Counted from the first letter of the stretch, positions 12,801-27,800 are shown. The stretch is 64,000 nt of DNA from Callorhinchus milii (GCF_018977255.1 NW_024704742.1:111168001-111232000); one strand, 5' to 3'. Translations and numbers: made by a program. The notes: generated by a model from the letters alone, not told the origin.

Positions 12801-15800
12801 CTGTAAATCTCCTCAAAGTACTACTACTATGAGCATGAAATCCCACAGTTAAATTGCACAGCAAGTATGATGGTGTATAATGGTCCATTTCACGCTTTCC
12901 ATGGAGATCTTTAAGGGAAAAGTATACCTTGAATAAATTTGAAATATGCGTAACTGGAATAGTGGTGCAAAGGCTATGCTCACAAAAATGGCTTCATATA
13001 TCAAAAGGGGAATGAATGTGGATGTCTTAATACTAAGTATTATAGCTTTATAGTTCTCATCAATAAATCCTGTAGGCTAAAATTTCAAACTGAAAAGAGT
13101 CAAAATATATTTTACCTCTGAATTCGCAGCCTCCGCAGGTACAAATATGATGGCTGAGCTTGCTCCATCATTCAGTCGAGGAGGAATGGAGGTATTTCCA
13201 GCCACAAGACTCACATTTGTTAATTCGACAGTAAAGTTAAAATGCAATCCCAGGAAAGCCTATGAACAGAAAATATAGATAAAAAGGCTAACAGTTGTTA
13301 AAGGAGTCCAAGCATACTTGGAGACTTGTAGCTCAGTGGTTGGAGCACTCGCAAGCAAGAGACCTGTAGAGTGAAACCTTGGGCAAATTTACACACATTC
13401 ATAACATTGAGGCTTGACTATGCAAACTCCTTGTTGGCCTCCCCAACTACTCCCTCCATTGGCTGCAGGTCATCTAGAACTCTGCAGCCTGTGTCCTCTT
13501 CCGTACTCGGCTCCATGACCCTATCACCCCCATCCTCGCCCGACTCCACTAGCTTCCCATCACACAGAAGATACAGTTCAAGATCCTGGTCCTCATCTTC
13601 AAAGCCCTCCATGGTCTTGCTCCCCCCTACCTCTGCGACCTCCTTATAATAATAATAATAATCCTTGCATTTGATATAGCGCTTTTCACGTCGGGAGGAC
13701 GTCCCAAGGCGCTTCACAGAACACACTGCAAAGTGAATTGACTGTATATTTGTGGGCGAACGCGGCAGCCAATTGCGCACAACAATGTCCAACAAACAGT
13801 CGTAGATTGAAAAATGACCAATTTTATTATTGTTTTTGGTTTTTGGAGGGATTATTATTAGGCGTGTGGAGTAAGGAAAATTTGTCCAAGGTTTCGCCCT
13901 GCCTGGAATTGAACTCAGGTCTCTCGCTTGCAAAGCAAGTGCTCTAACCACTGAGCTACAGGACTCCAAATGCCCTACCATCCTGCCCGCTCTCTCCGCT
14001 TGTTTCTTAATATATTCTTATTCTGATTTTTTTCCTGAGGCTTTATAAGGAACAAGCTTCCAAATTAAGGCTGAAGTTATGAATTCTCCATAACTCTGCC
14101 GATCTTAATTTTTTGATAAGATCAATATCAATCTTAAGACCTGAAGTAGCATGCTGTCCCTCTTTCATCATAGCTTAATCATCATTCAATTACTGAGTCA
14201 GACGACCAAGCAAAACTTTTTGATCATGCTTTACCTATGCCGTCCTACTCACCTGATTTATGATAGGCACCAAGGCAACAGCAGAGTAGGTGCCATCTCT
14301 GGCCAACACAGTTCCCAAAAATCCATCTATGAAAAAGCCTTGCCCATGAAATGTTGATGTGAGCTTGTAATCCACAATCACATTCTCAAATGTCCCACTG
14401 TGCCTCGTGATATTAATCTGAATGTGGCGACTTAAATCCTGTTGAACGATCACAGTTTGCCAATTTGAATAGACGGCAAACACGCCATGAGGGTCATCAT
14501 TTGCAGGAACATTCAATTTTAAACTCTTCCTTTCCTCATTCAGTGTAGCTCCTCCTTCCACAGCAATCAGACTAATTGTGTAAACTTCATCCAATTCTGG
14601 GACATCATCAGCCAGCAATCGAATGCCTATCTCTGCATTTCGCTGCATGTCGGGAATGATGACTATACCACTGGTTGAAGAAAAGTCTCCTGTCATGTTA
14701 GAATCACTCTGCAGCTCCCAGTGGACCTTTTAAAAGATGCATAAATAGTTGGCAACTTCGATGAATATAACTATTAATAAATATGGAGAAACCATGGTAT
14801 TTTGAAAGATTTCTAGAGGATTATACATGTAAATGTTTCCATTTTTGAAATTGAACCCAACAGACTAACCCTGAGTTCCTTTAATAATTCTTGGAATAAA
14901 TTGTAGGAAACAAACCATTTATGGAATAAAAACTTAAAAATGTATTAATGTCATTAATTAAATTTGCTAAGTCAGTCAGTGTAGGTAATCAATCACCACG
15001 ACAGTCATAGTCAGAATAGATACAAGTCACTATCAATAGTAAGTCAAAATATAACAAATATATAAATAGCAAGGTGTATATCTTATATATAAATAGTATA
15101 GTCGACATCAGTATACATCGTATTTTCATTTACAAGAGGCAATAAGATAATATGCTTCAATATCTGTTTCACTTCTCGCTACTTCAATATTTATTTGAAG
15201 ATAAAACAGAAAAATAAAATTCTCTGTCCATTTAATTTCTTTGGATATTAACAGAAAGAATGTTTAAATATGCAAAGAGTAAAGGGAATATTGCAAATCC
15301 TAGCATTACCTTGATGTCACCCATCAATCCTTGGGTCCTTTTTATAAGGTATGTAATATTTAACAGCTTTTCCTGATTGGATGGCTCCAGATAAGTCCTT
15401 GTATACAAAGCTTCTTCTACAAACTGAACAATTCCATTAGGATCCCCAAATTTCTGTATCTACAAACCAATATAGAATTAGTAGCAATTTTATCAGAGAG
15501 ACATTCACCAGTTATATAGAGCTCCATATTGTAACGCAATGCAGCTTCAACACTACAGATAAATACCTAGCTTTATGGAATTTTGTGTTAACTTATGAAA
15601 TCAGAGGACCAAAATAAATCATGGTCTTTGCCTTAAGACCATTATCTTACAATTTAGATCATGAAGAATTTTGGAAAATTCTTAAATGCAGTTTCAAATT
15701 AAAGTCTTTTTGAGAAATGTAGAAAACCAGCTTCCAAATTACGTCTGAATTTGAAGTCACTTACCATTAATGATACATTTCCAGCCTTAGCATCAATTTC

Positions 15801-18800
15801 CGCTTCACCAAATCCCAGACTAAGTTTGATGATGAATGTCTCTTGCACTTCAATCTCTCCGTGAGGTAAGACCTGCAATTCAATGGTTCTGATCCCTGCC
15901 TCTCCAGCTCCGAAATTGAATGATCCATTCACAAAACCACCAAAGTCTGCATTTGATGATGGTAAAACCATTGCTGAGTTTGGACCCAAAATGCTCCATT
16001 TAACCTGGGGAAGATAAGCAGCAAGTTAAAATAATACAATCTTGATATTATGTTATAACATCTCAAAGGACTTCACTAAATCAATATTCAGATTTCATTA
16101 AATATTATTCCAGTTTCATTAATCAGCAATTAATGAGAGTTAATTCTTTACATAACTATACATACTGTACACAAGAGCATAGATACAAAATGCAGCATGC
16201 ATAAGCAATTAGGAATTTTCCACAGCAATAATATAATCCTTGCATTTGATATCGCGCTTTTCATGTCTTTTAGACATCTCAAAGCACTTCACAGAATATA
16301 CTGTAAAGTGAATTGACTGTATATTTGTGGGCGAAACACGGCAGCCAATTGCGCACAGCAGTGTCCCACAAACAGTCGTGGATTGAAGTGACCAATTTGT
16401 TATTGTTTTTTTTCTTGAGGGATTATTATCCGGTGGGTGGAATAAGGAAACTTGCCCAAGGTTCCACCCTGCCGGGAATCGAACCCAGGTCTCTCGCTTG
16501 CAAAGCGATTGCTCTAACCACTGAGCTGCAGGACTAGCAATTTGCTTGTTAAACAAGATTATGTTGATGGCTCAATTTAAGAAAATGATAAGGAGGGATT
16601 TCATTCTAAAGGGCATAAAAGCAAATGTAGAAAAGTGAGCAATCCTCATGCTGAATACTGTATTTATGTGCAATCTACCAAATTTAGCAAGGGGAGGGAA
16701 TAACATGCTCTCTGACAAAAAATACCATTAAGTGGAGACAAGTTGTCAAAGTCTGCAAACTGCAGGTTTTGTTCTACACAAATGTTCCAGATGGTTACAG
16801 GGAAAGGAAAATGTACTGGATTCCTTATGAGGATGTTAATACTCACTGTAGTTTGTAAAATACAATGCAGCTCAGACTAATCCCCTTCAAGGCAAAGTCC
16901 AAACTAGTTTGTTACAAGTTGATGGTGTTTGGCAATTTTTCAATAGAGACAACTCAAATACATCTAATTGAAGCAGATACTTAGTAGCAGTGGATGGCAT
17001 AATGAATTGCATTTGAGAGTTTATAGTACATAAATAGTTATGAACTAAGTAAAATACAGAACTTTTAGACACAAAAAAATGCTAAAAGAGCTCAGGAGCT
17101 TCAAAATAAATCTTATTAAAAGCATCTTTACACTTTATTCAGACTACAAACTGTCCAAATAAACAGCTGGAAGTAATGCACATGAATTGTTTTATAAGTA
17201 AAGGTACTTATTACAGCTCCTACACTGTATTTACATTTTCTCCCATCCCTCCTCCTGGATAGGATCTGAAGATTCGTGACTGTTGCTGGGCCCAATCACA
17301 AGCCCAGAGGGGCTGGTAGACCAAGTGTCTATCTTCATTGATAAACCTGGGAAATCAGAGCTAGCAGTGTCTTTGGGGGAAATAATGATCAAACACAATC
17401 CTGATTCCATCTCCACAGATGGTGGAATAACCGCCATGTGCAGGAGTCGCAAATGAATTATCCTTTCTCTAACCAAGGTACACTGAGGCCATTTGTACCA
17501 CCACAACCTCAGAATATTGTTCAGAGAGACCAGAAATTGACCTGCCTTCTCTGAGTGGCTGAGGAGCATTCCAGGAACTACATTACTTATTGCGCCATCA
17601 AGGGGGCCATTCACCATTTCATAGCAACCTGTATTCCTAAAAGACTTCAGGAAAATATGTATGATAACCACGTGGGATTAAACCCAAACTTACCTCCACA
17701 TCTCCATTCAATCCCCCAGTCCTTTCCAGCATCAACATTAGCCTCTGTGTTACACTGGGGTTTGGGATGATAAACTGGGACTGGTTTAGGAATCGTATAA
17801 GACCATCAGGGGAATCACTTTTACGGATGGTTACTTTGGTACTAAGATGAGTCCCAAGAATTGCTCCCCCTGTTGCTGCTATCAGCTGGATCTCAAACTG
17901 CTCATCATACTCTCTGCAGAAAGAGCACACTGTAAATGTTGGTTTTTCCCTCCTCAGAAGATTGTAAAAGAGAAAGATAAAAATGTAAAACTGTGCTTGG
18001 ACAATAGAAAGCAGGAAGGAAGCAGCTTGCATTTTTAGTGTCTTACCATGTTGAAACATCTCAAAGCACTTCATAAGTAATTACAATCCAGTGGAAGTGA
18101 TTATATTTTTTACACCAATACAATCTACAATAAACTGCTCTCTCTTCTCAGACAGCATCAAACATCCATTTCAATGGGCAGATCGTGGCAACTCTCCATT
18201 ATCAACAAATCTGTCAGGACATTTTCTAATGAGCTTTTATGATAAATAAAACATTTAAGATAAAGATAAATTTAGCTTCCTCACTGAATTTGTTTGTTTT
18301 TCAAAATACTATCTTCCAACTTGGAGCCCTTTGACTATTTTTTTAGAATACATGGATTAGTTCAGTTTGTTTCCAGTAGCACAGAATCTTTTAGACATGA
18401 GTTGTTTGGATCTGGAATGCATTGCCTGAAAGGGTGGTGAAAGCAGATTACAGACTACAAACTGTCCAAATAAACAACTGGAAGTAATGCATTCTCTGAT
18501 TCTACCACTCAAAATTAAATATTTTAGCAAACAATATCAACACATGCAGGATTATTTAAAGGTGTATTTTGGAAAGAGATGGAAAAGGGATAAGGCCTAT
18601 TTGGGGTTAAAAACATGTTGCAGATATCAAATACAAATAATGGTTTATTTTACAAGCAGCTCAGGAGTTCAAACAACAGTTACAATTACAGATGCCATCT
18701 CAAGTTTTGAGCAAACTAAATACTGAATAATACATTTGAATCTGAAAGATTTGCTGTAGTAGTTTTTGACTGAGCAGTGAATATTGACTATAACCATCAT

Positions 18801-21800
18801 TTATTATTGATGGATTATTCCTGCAGCCTTGGTTCAAAGGGGTTAGACTTTGGTAATTTCTATTGCATCAGTGATTTACCTTTCAGTGTCATCAATAATG
18901 GACACATTGATGAAGCTCTGGTTCTGTCCGTTTTGGAATTGGATTGTATTATTAGTGAGGATGTAATCAATCCCGTCGGGAAATGCTGTGATGGCACGAG
19001 AGACAAAATCTGCTGTGACAACTCCATATGTTCCCTGTCTTCGTATCACTGGGATTCCAATTATCCCAATGTTTTCCTCAGCTGTACAAGTAAATACAGG
19101 AAACATGATATGTTTGTTAGTTCTCAAGTTACAAAAACAATAATAGAATTATTAGCTGTCATTCTGTTCAATAACAGAGTCTATAGACTTCACACAAATC
19201 TATTTATGATTGCACTTTAATAGTTTTGGTTATTTTTTGATCATACAAAAAGACAATGTCTTCACTTTGCATTGGAATTTCAGGTTATCATCACACATTA
19301 GGCTCCATATGGCAAAACAATGTCTGCGGAAAGCTATTCAGAAATATGCAGGGTTAATTCTCTAGTTTAGGTTGAGTTATCTGATCCTAGTTGGGGAATA
19401 GTTGGATCATGACAATTGGCCATAGAGGCTGTGGGATGGAGGGGTATAATCAGCTATGCTAATTATACTCCCCTAATCCACAACCTCTATCATAGAATCG
19501 TACCACACAAAAAGAGGCCATTTGGCCCATCGAGTCTGTGCCGGCTTTTTGAAAAGAGCAATGTAATGTCAATCCCACTCCCCAGCTCTTTCCCCATAAC
19601 CCTGCAAACCTATCCTCTTCAAATACCCATCCACCAAGTTTTTAAAAGTTGTTATCGAATCGGCCTGGACCAACCTTTCATGGAATGCATTCCAGATTCA
19701 AACAACTCGCTGCATGAAAAAAATTCTTCTCACCTCCTCTCTGCTTCCTATAGAAGCTATTTTAAATCTGTGAAGTCGAATCACCAACACACCCACCAGT
19801 GGAAACAGTTTTTCCTTTCTAACCTATCAAATTCCCTTATGATTTTGAAAACCTCTATTAGGTCTCCCCGTAACCTTCTCTGCTCCAATGAGAATGATCC
19901 CAGCCTCTCCAGCCTTTCCTCATAATCAAGGTCCCTCTTTCCTGGTACCATTCTTGTAAATCTCCTCTGCACCCTTTCCAATGCCTTAACATCCTTCCTA
20001 TAGTGTGGTGCCCAGAACTGGGTGCAGTATTCTAACTGAGGCTTAACCAGTGTTTTATATAGGTTAATCATAACCTCCTGACTCTTGCACTCTATGCCCC
20101 TATTTATAAAGCCTAGTATCTCATATGCACTTTTTACAGCTTTATCTACCTGTCCCGCCACCTTCAAGGATTCATTTACCTGAACCCCCAGGTCTCTCTG
20201 TTCCTTCACCCACCTTAAGATTGTATTACCAGCCTAAATTACCTCCCCTCATTCTTTCTTCCAAAATGCATTACCTCGCATTTCTCCACATTGAAATTCA
20301 TCTGAAATTCATCCATTATTATTTATTGAATGACTGATACCTGATCCAGTGGACCCTATTGGAATGTGTGTCTGTAGATACATAATGAGGATCTGTTCAG
20401 GCTTTTGTACGCTCCATAGGCATATAATCACTCCAGTTATCAATCATTCAATAAATAATCATTCCAGGCAGCAGTCATTCAATAAATAATCATTCCAGGC
20501 ATCAGTCATTCAATAAATAATCACGCCAGATACCAGGCATTTATACTCCAGTTATAAATAAACATTCCAGATATCAGTTTTTTCAATAAATAAACACTCC
20601 AGATATCAGTCATTCTATATATAATAACTCTGGGTATCAATCATTCTAGATATAATCACTACAGGTATTAATTGTTCTGTGTGTAAAATCAACAGATTTC
20701 AGTGAATCAACAATAAATACTATCAATCAACTGACTCTCACACTCAACATCCAATGAATCCACTTCACAGTATATCCTGTGAAGTGCTTTGAGACTCCTT
20801 GATGATGAGATAAGGCTCTCTGTCAAATTCAAGGATTATTATTACTGCTGAGACAATTATTTGGCCATAATTATGTTTCTGCTGCAAAGTTGGTGCTAGA
20901 TGCTGTGATTATGTTTTGATGTGTGGACCCCATAAACTCCATCAAGTTGACCGTTATGCTGTTGTACGGGTTTGCATTTTGCCTACAATGGAAAACTACT
21001 GGAAGTTTGTACTGTTGTACCTATAGGTGAAATTTTGTTGTGAAACTTTGGTAAGCCTACTAGAAATTAGGTAATGTCTGTCTTTTCCATATCTAATGTC
21101 TTTGCTTTCATCTAGTGCAGTAAAGGGATGTGCAGCCAAATGGTCCTGGTATGCAGAAGTAAGACAAAGAAAGAGTGTACAAATCTAGTAAACAACTTGA
21201 GTACAAATATAGCCTAGACTAGTTGTTGCTTTTGAGAGCAGACTCGAGAAGATAACATGCTGAAGCCACTGTACCTCTGCTCTCTGGATTAGATAACTAT
21301 GTCTTTTCTGATAATAAACTGTTAAATTAAGTTGGTGTCTAAGCTTGATTATTTCCTGTCTGAGACCACTAGACTCGATCTTTAGAGTTAACAGATTTTA
21401 CCTTGTATATTGAGGAATTGTGGTTCAAATTCTATAATCCCCTCTGCATTGTCATTTGACTGTATTACAATCCTGGTAGATGATATGTTCCCCACCATTG
21501 GCGGTTGGTCGAGTTGCAGACCATTCACCCCAACATTGAAGTCATGAAACCTGGTAGATTAATACAAAAATGTAGCAGGTTAAAAGTTCTTGACTTCCAT
21601 AAAATACAATTAAAGTACAAATAAAATCCCTCAGAGGAATATTTTAATAATTAAAACTGTTAAACCAGAATAAGTATAGAATTATCAAGTGTCAGCACTA
21701 CATCATTCTCTTGCATAGGTTGACCAGTGGTCATTGGGTTTCAGGTTCTGGGTTTGAATCCTGGTAGATCTAATCAATCCTTCCCCATTTTCAGGTTGAT

Positions 21801-24800
21801 AACTTGAGTGTGAGTGCCTAGTCCAGAATATTCCCTTGAGGTAAAATAAACGGAGGTGTGTGGGGGGAGGGGGATTTCTTGGGCAAAATTGTCTTGGAGG
21901 AGATGCGTCAAGGAAAGCCAAACAGCTCCATAATAATCCAAGGCACACTTCATGAGCCCCTTGAATTGGGTTTCCGTGCCGCCCAGAGCACAGAAATAGC
22001 CCTGGGCATAGACATCAAGTCCTGGATGAGAGCTAACTTTCTCCAGTTGAACGTCAACAAGGCCAAGGCTCTCCTGATTGGCTCCCATCAGCGCCACCTC
22101 ACTTCAGGCGCTGACAGCATCACCATCCATGGTTGCACATTCCACCTTACTAAGCCAGTCCGGAAACCTGGGGTTTTGTTTGACCCTCAACTATTCTTTC
22201 TACCGCACATCTGAGCCATGACCCGCTCTGCCTTCCCCCACCCCCGTAACATTGCCCGGCTCTACCTCTGTCTCATACCACAGACCGCCAAAATCCTCAT
22301 ACACACTTTCATTACATCGAGGCTTGACTATGCAACTCATTGCTTGTTGGCCTCCCCAACTCCTCCCTCCACAGGCTGCAGATCATCCAGAACTCTGCAG
22401 CCCGTGTCCTCTCCCACACTAGGCTCCGTGACCCTATCACCCCCATCCTTGCCCAACTCCACTGGCTTCCCATCACACAGAGGATACAGTTTAAGATCCT
22501 GGTCCTCACCTTCAAAGGCCTCCATGGTCTTGCTCACCCCTACCACTAAGACCTCCTAACCCCCTACCATCCTGTTTTCTCCCTCCGCTCAGCAGTCTCC
22601 GGCCTGCTTCACATCCCCGGACTTGCTCGCCCCACCATTGGTTATTGGGCCTTCCACCACTCTGCCCCCACCCTCTGGAACTCCATCCCGCAGTCCCTCC
22701 ACCTCGCCCCTTCTCTGGCCTTCTTCGAGACCCATCTCAAAATTCTCCTCTTCAACCATGCTTTTGATCTTCCTGCTTCTCCACCTGCCCTTCACCCTCT
22801 CCCACCCCAACCCCCAGCTCGGGTCTGTAACTCGGTCTGTCCAGTGCCTCGGGACATTCTCCCGATGTGAAAGGCGCTATATAAATGTAATTTTGTTGTT
22901 GTCGTTGTTGAAGTTAGAATTATGTCCTCAACCCTATCAGCTTGAGCCTTAAGATATTTTAACTTGACAAATACTGTTACCATGTTAAAAACACACAATA
23001 CTGCAAATTTTAAAAGTATAGCAGATTATGTATATTAGGGGGTTGTGGAGGTGGCAATATTCAGAACAAATAAAAAGCAATTGTACAAGAATGTTAAATC
23101 TGAATGACAAGAAGCTCACCACAGTATAAATATATACAAATTTAGGCAGCTTTTCAAAGTTATTTTGCTAAATTATTGCTCTGAGGTTTACGGAGCTGTA
23201 CTTCAGAGGTAATTGTTTAGGATCATTTAGCCTATATTTCCAGAGAAGTGTAGCTATTATTTGTTTTGCTTCAGTTTATGTCACAAGCTCATATTCACTC
23301 ACGTACTCCTCGGATCAAATATTTTCAACTGAAGCCCACAGTCAGCATGACATTGTTATGAACTAAGCACCATGATACATCTTTTGGAATTAACAATGAA
23401 AGTAAATCCATTTATTCAGATGAAAAAAATATAATCAGTATATAGCCATCAGTCAATAACTGTGAACTGGATACATTTCCTATTATTTGTCTAGATTTAT
23501 TTTGAAACCCTTTATAGTCCCTTTACAGGTTACATGAAACAGAAAATAAATCTCCTAAACATTCCCTTTATTCTGTTCATAATTACCTTAAATCAATGCT
23601 CTTTAATTACTGACTCACCAACCAGTGGAATTAATTTTATTTACTTTATCAAAAACCCTCAAAATTTTAAAAACCTTCATCAGGTCTCCTCTCAGCCTTC
23701 TCTATTCTGAAGGAAATAACCCTACTTCCTCCAGTCTCTCCTCATAAATAAAACTTTTCATCCTTGTATCATCTTTGTGAATCCAGTGAATCACTTTCTC
23801 CATAGCATTAATATTCTTCATGTAGTGGAGTGTCTAAAACTGGACACAATACTTCAACTGTGGCCTAACTAATGATTTATTCAAGTTTAACAATACCCCA
23901 TTGTTTTTATATTCTATGCTCTACTTTTATTAATGGGACATATCTTCATCAAAACACATTACTTTATTTTATAAGAGAAGAAAAAGGGCTATTTGTATTT
24001 GGGATAAACTTTTGGGCACATGACTGATGAATTAAACAACAACTTACACTTATATAGCACCTCCACGCAGGGTAGCATCTCAGAACACTTAACAGCAATG
24101 GAGCCTGACTCTTAGGGATCGGATGTGGGGGAGAAAAAACAGCTGGGGTCGAACCGATTGCCTAGATTGCGCACTGGTTCATTGAGTTTGAGGGCGAGCC
24201 CAGGAAGATTGGGGAGTTCAGATCCTCAAGAGTGAAGATTTTGACGGGAGCCAAGGAGTATGGCTTCCATCTTGTCCACAGTTAACTGCAGGAAGTTTGC
24301 ATTCATCCAGGTCCTGATGTCTGTCAGACAAGCTGATAGGACATCGGAGGACTTGAAGTGGGTACAGGAGGAGAGATTTGTGTGTCATTCGCACACCAGT
24401 AGTCGCCAACCTTTATGGTTGGCTAACCAAATATATTTTTGTTTATTGAATTGTTTCTTTATTGAACCAGTGAAAGTACTCTTAAAATGCTAGTTTGTGA
24501 TGGGTGTAAATTCAGCAGTAGAATTAGCAGCAGTCTGAAAAATGCGTTCCTATGAAGATTTTGAAGGAGATCCATCTCCCACAATTTTGAAATCTAGTAC
24601 ATTGTCATTTGACTATTTACCTGCCTCCCAGGAGCTCGGCTTCAAGAATTTTCACAAAGAAATCTTCAGGGCCTTCAGGAGTGTTATCATCAATGATGTC
24701 GATCAGGATCCACTTTGACTGCTCTCTTGGTCCAAACAGCAACTGTCCAGATTTAGATGTGAAATCTGCATCGCTCAGTGCAGTCCCATCATATGTCTGG

Positions 24801-27800
24801 TACAACAAGCTAACGCCACCATAGCTTCCATGGGACCGTATAACAGTAAGGTTAGCCTGTCCGTAAATAAGGTAAATGGTGATATTGTAAGCTGACTTAT
24901 TGTTCTGTAAGACAGCCTTGAGTTACAAACCTGCACATTACACAAACAAGCTCCTCTAGAGTGATGGAACCCACTTTGCATTTATAGATCAATTCATAAA
25001 GGCATTTAAAAACGAAATGTGCTCTAGAATTAGTCATTAAAGAGTACAATCAAGTTAGGCACCTGTTCAGCATTCTCAGAGATCTGAAGGAGCTCACGAG
25101 AGAATGCAAATTGACCGTATGGAAAGTCGCTGGCTACCATGGTGATGTTAGAAGAGGCGGACGAGTCATTGATCACAGCTCCACCACTGACTCCTCTCAG
25201 TTGAAGTTGGTAATATTGCCTTTCCTCAGGAATATTATCATCTAACACCTGAGCAACAAGAACAGATTTATAACTCATCAAATGCAGACAACTGGGCTCC
25301 AATGAATTCAACAGCATTTCAATAAACTATATTGTAAAGACCTATAATTTTAAATACTGCATCAAATTTTAACCAAGCTAAATTAAACAATATTCCATAT
25401 ACAAACCATCCGCTTCTGTTAAGCTACAAACATTATACCCCTTGTGGTGACAAGGATTTTTTAAAGAATTTGCTCAGATTACATAACAAATTAACCAATT
25501 CAGAGGCTGGTTATTCCACTTTAGACATCAGAGATGTAATAAGGCAGAAGAATTGTGATCAAAGATGAATTATTTATCAGGATTCTGTCACACATGTGCA
25601 ATGCAGCCTATGATTTGACAGAAAACAAGGATTAGGCAATTATTTGTGCACCTAAAGACACAGAATGGTCCAAATGCATTATTGCACTGCTTTCCGTTGC
25701 ACAGAACTGCACTTCGAGAAGTGATGTAAGCAATGCCTCCTGCACACAGCACTCATGTATAGCACACATGAAGGACATTAAATATTAGATATGCAACAAC
25801 TTCTAGAAACATACACAGTGGCATAGCAGAATACATGAGTCTGTTATTCACTAAAGATAGGGCAAGGCGATCACTCAAAATAACTAAATATATGGATTAA
25901 TTTGGATTATTATAGAGCTTCTCAAATATTCTCATTTAACATTCTGTGCTGCTTCCTATACCTGTAGCCAGATTGTGGCAGCTGACTGTCTGTCACGCAT
26001 TACAAATGTTCCTTCCGTTTCAGCAAATTCATTCAGAACTGCTGGAGTAATAATCCAGTTAATTGTAGCATCACCAAAAATGCCTGGACCACGCACTATT
26101 CTGTAGGGATAATAAAAATCAGTAAATACCATTAAGAACTCTGCCTTATACATTGAAAATTATTGTTCGTTGTGAACTTAATAGCATAAATATCACCTAA
26201 AAAATTATATATAGCAGTGTTCCCTCCCTCACAGTTGCCAAATATTTAAATCAAAATGTTGCCTGCGCAGATTTGGAGGTGCAATCCGGATGAACATGGC
26301 TTTCTTTACAAAGGTCAGGTTTCATTTGATTTCCCCCGTGCCCCCCCACTACCCCCACATTAAGCATTAAGTTGTAGTTAAGTACAAAAGACAAAGACAT
26401 TGTGCTTTTCACATCAGAAGGATGTCTCAAAGTTCTTCACTCAGTGACGAGGAGCAACAGGAAGAGTGGGGGTAACTGAGGATGGTGGTGGTGGCGAATA
26501 GGAAAGATGGCCAAAAACACAGTAAACAAGATAGATCTTAAGGCAGGTTTTCAAGGCGGCTTGGAGAAGGGGCTGTAAATTGCTACAAATCACTTTGAGA
26601 TGGTTCGAGGCAAGGTTGATGATAGTAAGAGAAACAATCTCAGGCAGGAGTAAACAATTGGTTCATCTATCTTTCCCATCCAACCATTACGTACGTTATT
26701 GTAGCACTTCCGTTGTAGCTGCCGACTGGTTCTCCAATGAGGACATGCTGTGCTGACGTAGCTATGGAGATCATCCCCGATGCTGCATTATCACCCAAAA
26801 TAATGATGGTGGCACTTCCTGTGGAAGAAGCATTTATCTAACAAAGCAGAAAAAAACCCGAACACAAACTTTTTTTTCCTAATTGCATAAAAAAAAACAC
26901 AAAACTGAGCTACAAATGCCAATTTCCTGTAAAGATTAATTTCCGGCTGACCCAATTGTATCTAAGCACATGTTAGACAGAGGCACCAAGTATTTAAGAA
27001 GCAAGCCCCTTGGAAGAATGTTACCAATAAATAGTAATACTCCAGCACTGTCGAAATTGATGGAGAAACTTATGAAAATCATTCAAAAAGACAAAAATAA
27101 TTTGATGAGAAGAAACTGAAACATTTTCTAAACTTTAAAATACACAAAACTAAGCCCAGCTCCTGTGAATATACAATCATTTCATCTTTCTACACATTGG
27201 TTCTATTAATTGTCAAAGCTATTATACTATTTAGTGAATGTGACATACATACCATACACAGGGGAGATGTCGGCATTATTGGTGGCAGATACAAGTTGAA
27301 TCGAATATCGTTCTTCTCCCTCCAGAACGGCATCTGGATAAATGCGCAAAACCAGAGTCTTTCTGGTCTCTGTCTAACATGGTAAAAAAGAGAAGTCACC
27401 AAGCCCAGAACAAAGTAATGTTTTTAATCATACACAAAGAATACTTTCTGTACACAGTGGAGCCTTGTTATAATGTGATGGAGAGATCCAATAAAATCCC
27501 AACCTACACTATAATGATGCCACAACAGTCAGTTTCACTGTGAATGCACACAGCTGACCGGCTCACTTCCTGTGAACCTGCTTCTGTGCTAAAAATAGGC
27601 CGACGCCTAGGTCACTTATGCACTGTGAATGCCATAGAGCCAGAAGTGATGTCAGCAGCGATTCAATGACCTCAAATTTGGTCTTTTCTGAGCATGGAAA
27701 GTTAAAATGGCCAACTTGCAGGTCATCCTTTACCTTGAGACATCCTCCTGACGTGAAAGGCACTATACAAATATAATTTCTTGTTGTTGATTTACACACA

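Noticed and set aside
13418..13981. Recurring [11 protein letters not shown] / [10 protein letters not shown] peptides in many ORFs
   Set aside because: Translations of non-coding SINE copies, not a protein family
17231..17671. 146-aa ORF
   Set aside because: No motif; appears to overlie an old degraded interspersed repeat that I cannot classify
20424..20680. CRISPR-like array
   Set aside because: Contiguous degenerate units with no unique spacers, no cas genes, and a vertebrate intron context
27455..27540. Possible tiny Tigger-like MITE
   Set aside because: Terminal inverted match is too short and imperfect, with no clean TA flanks
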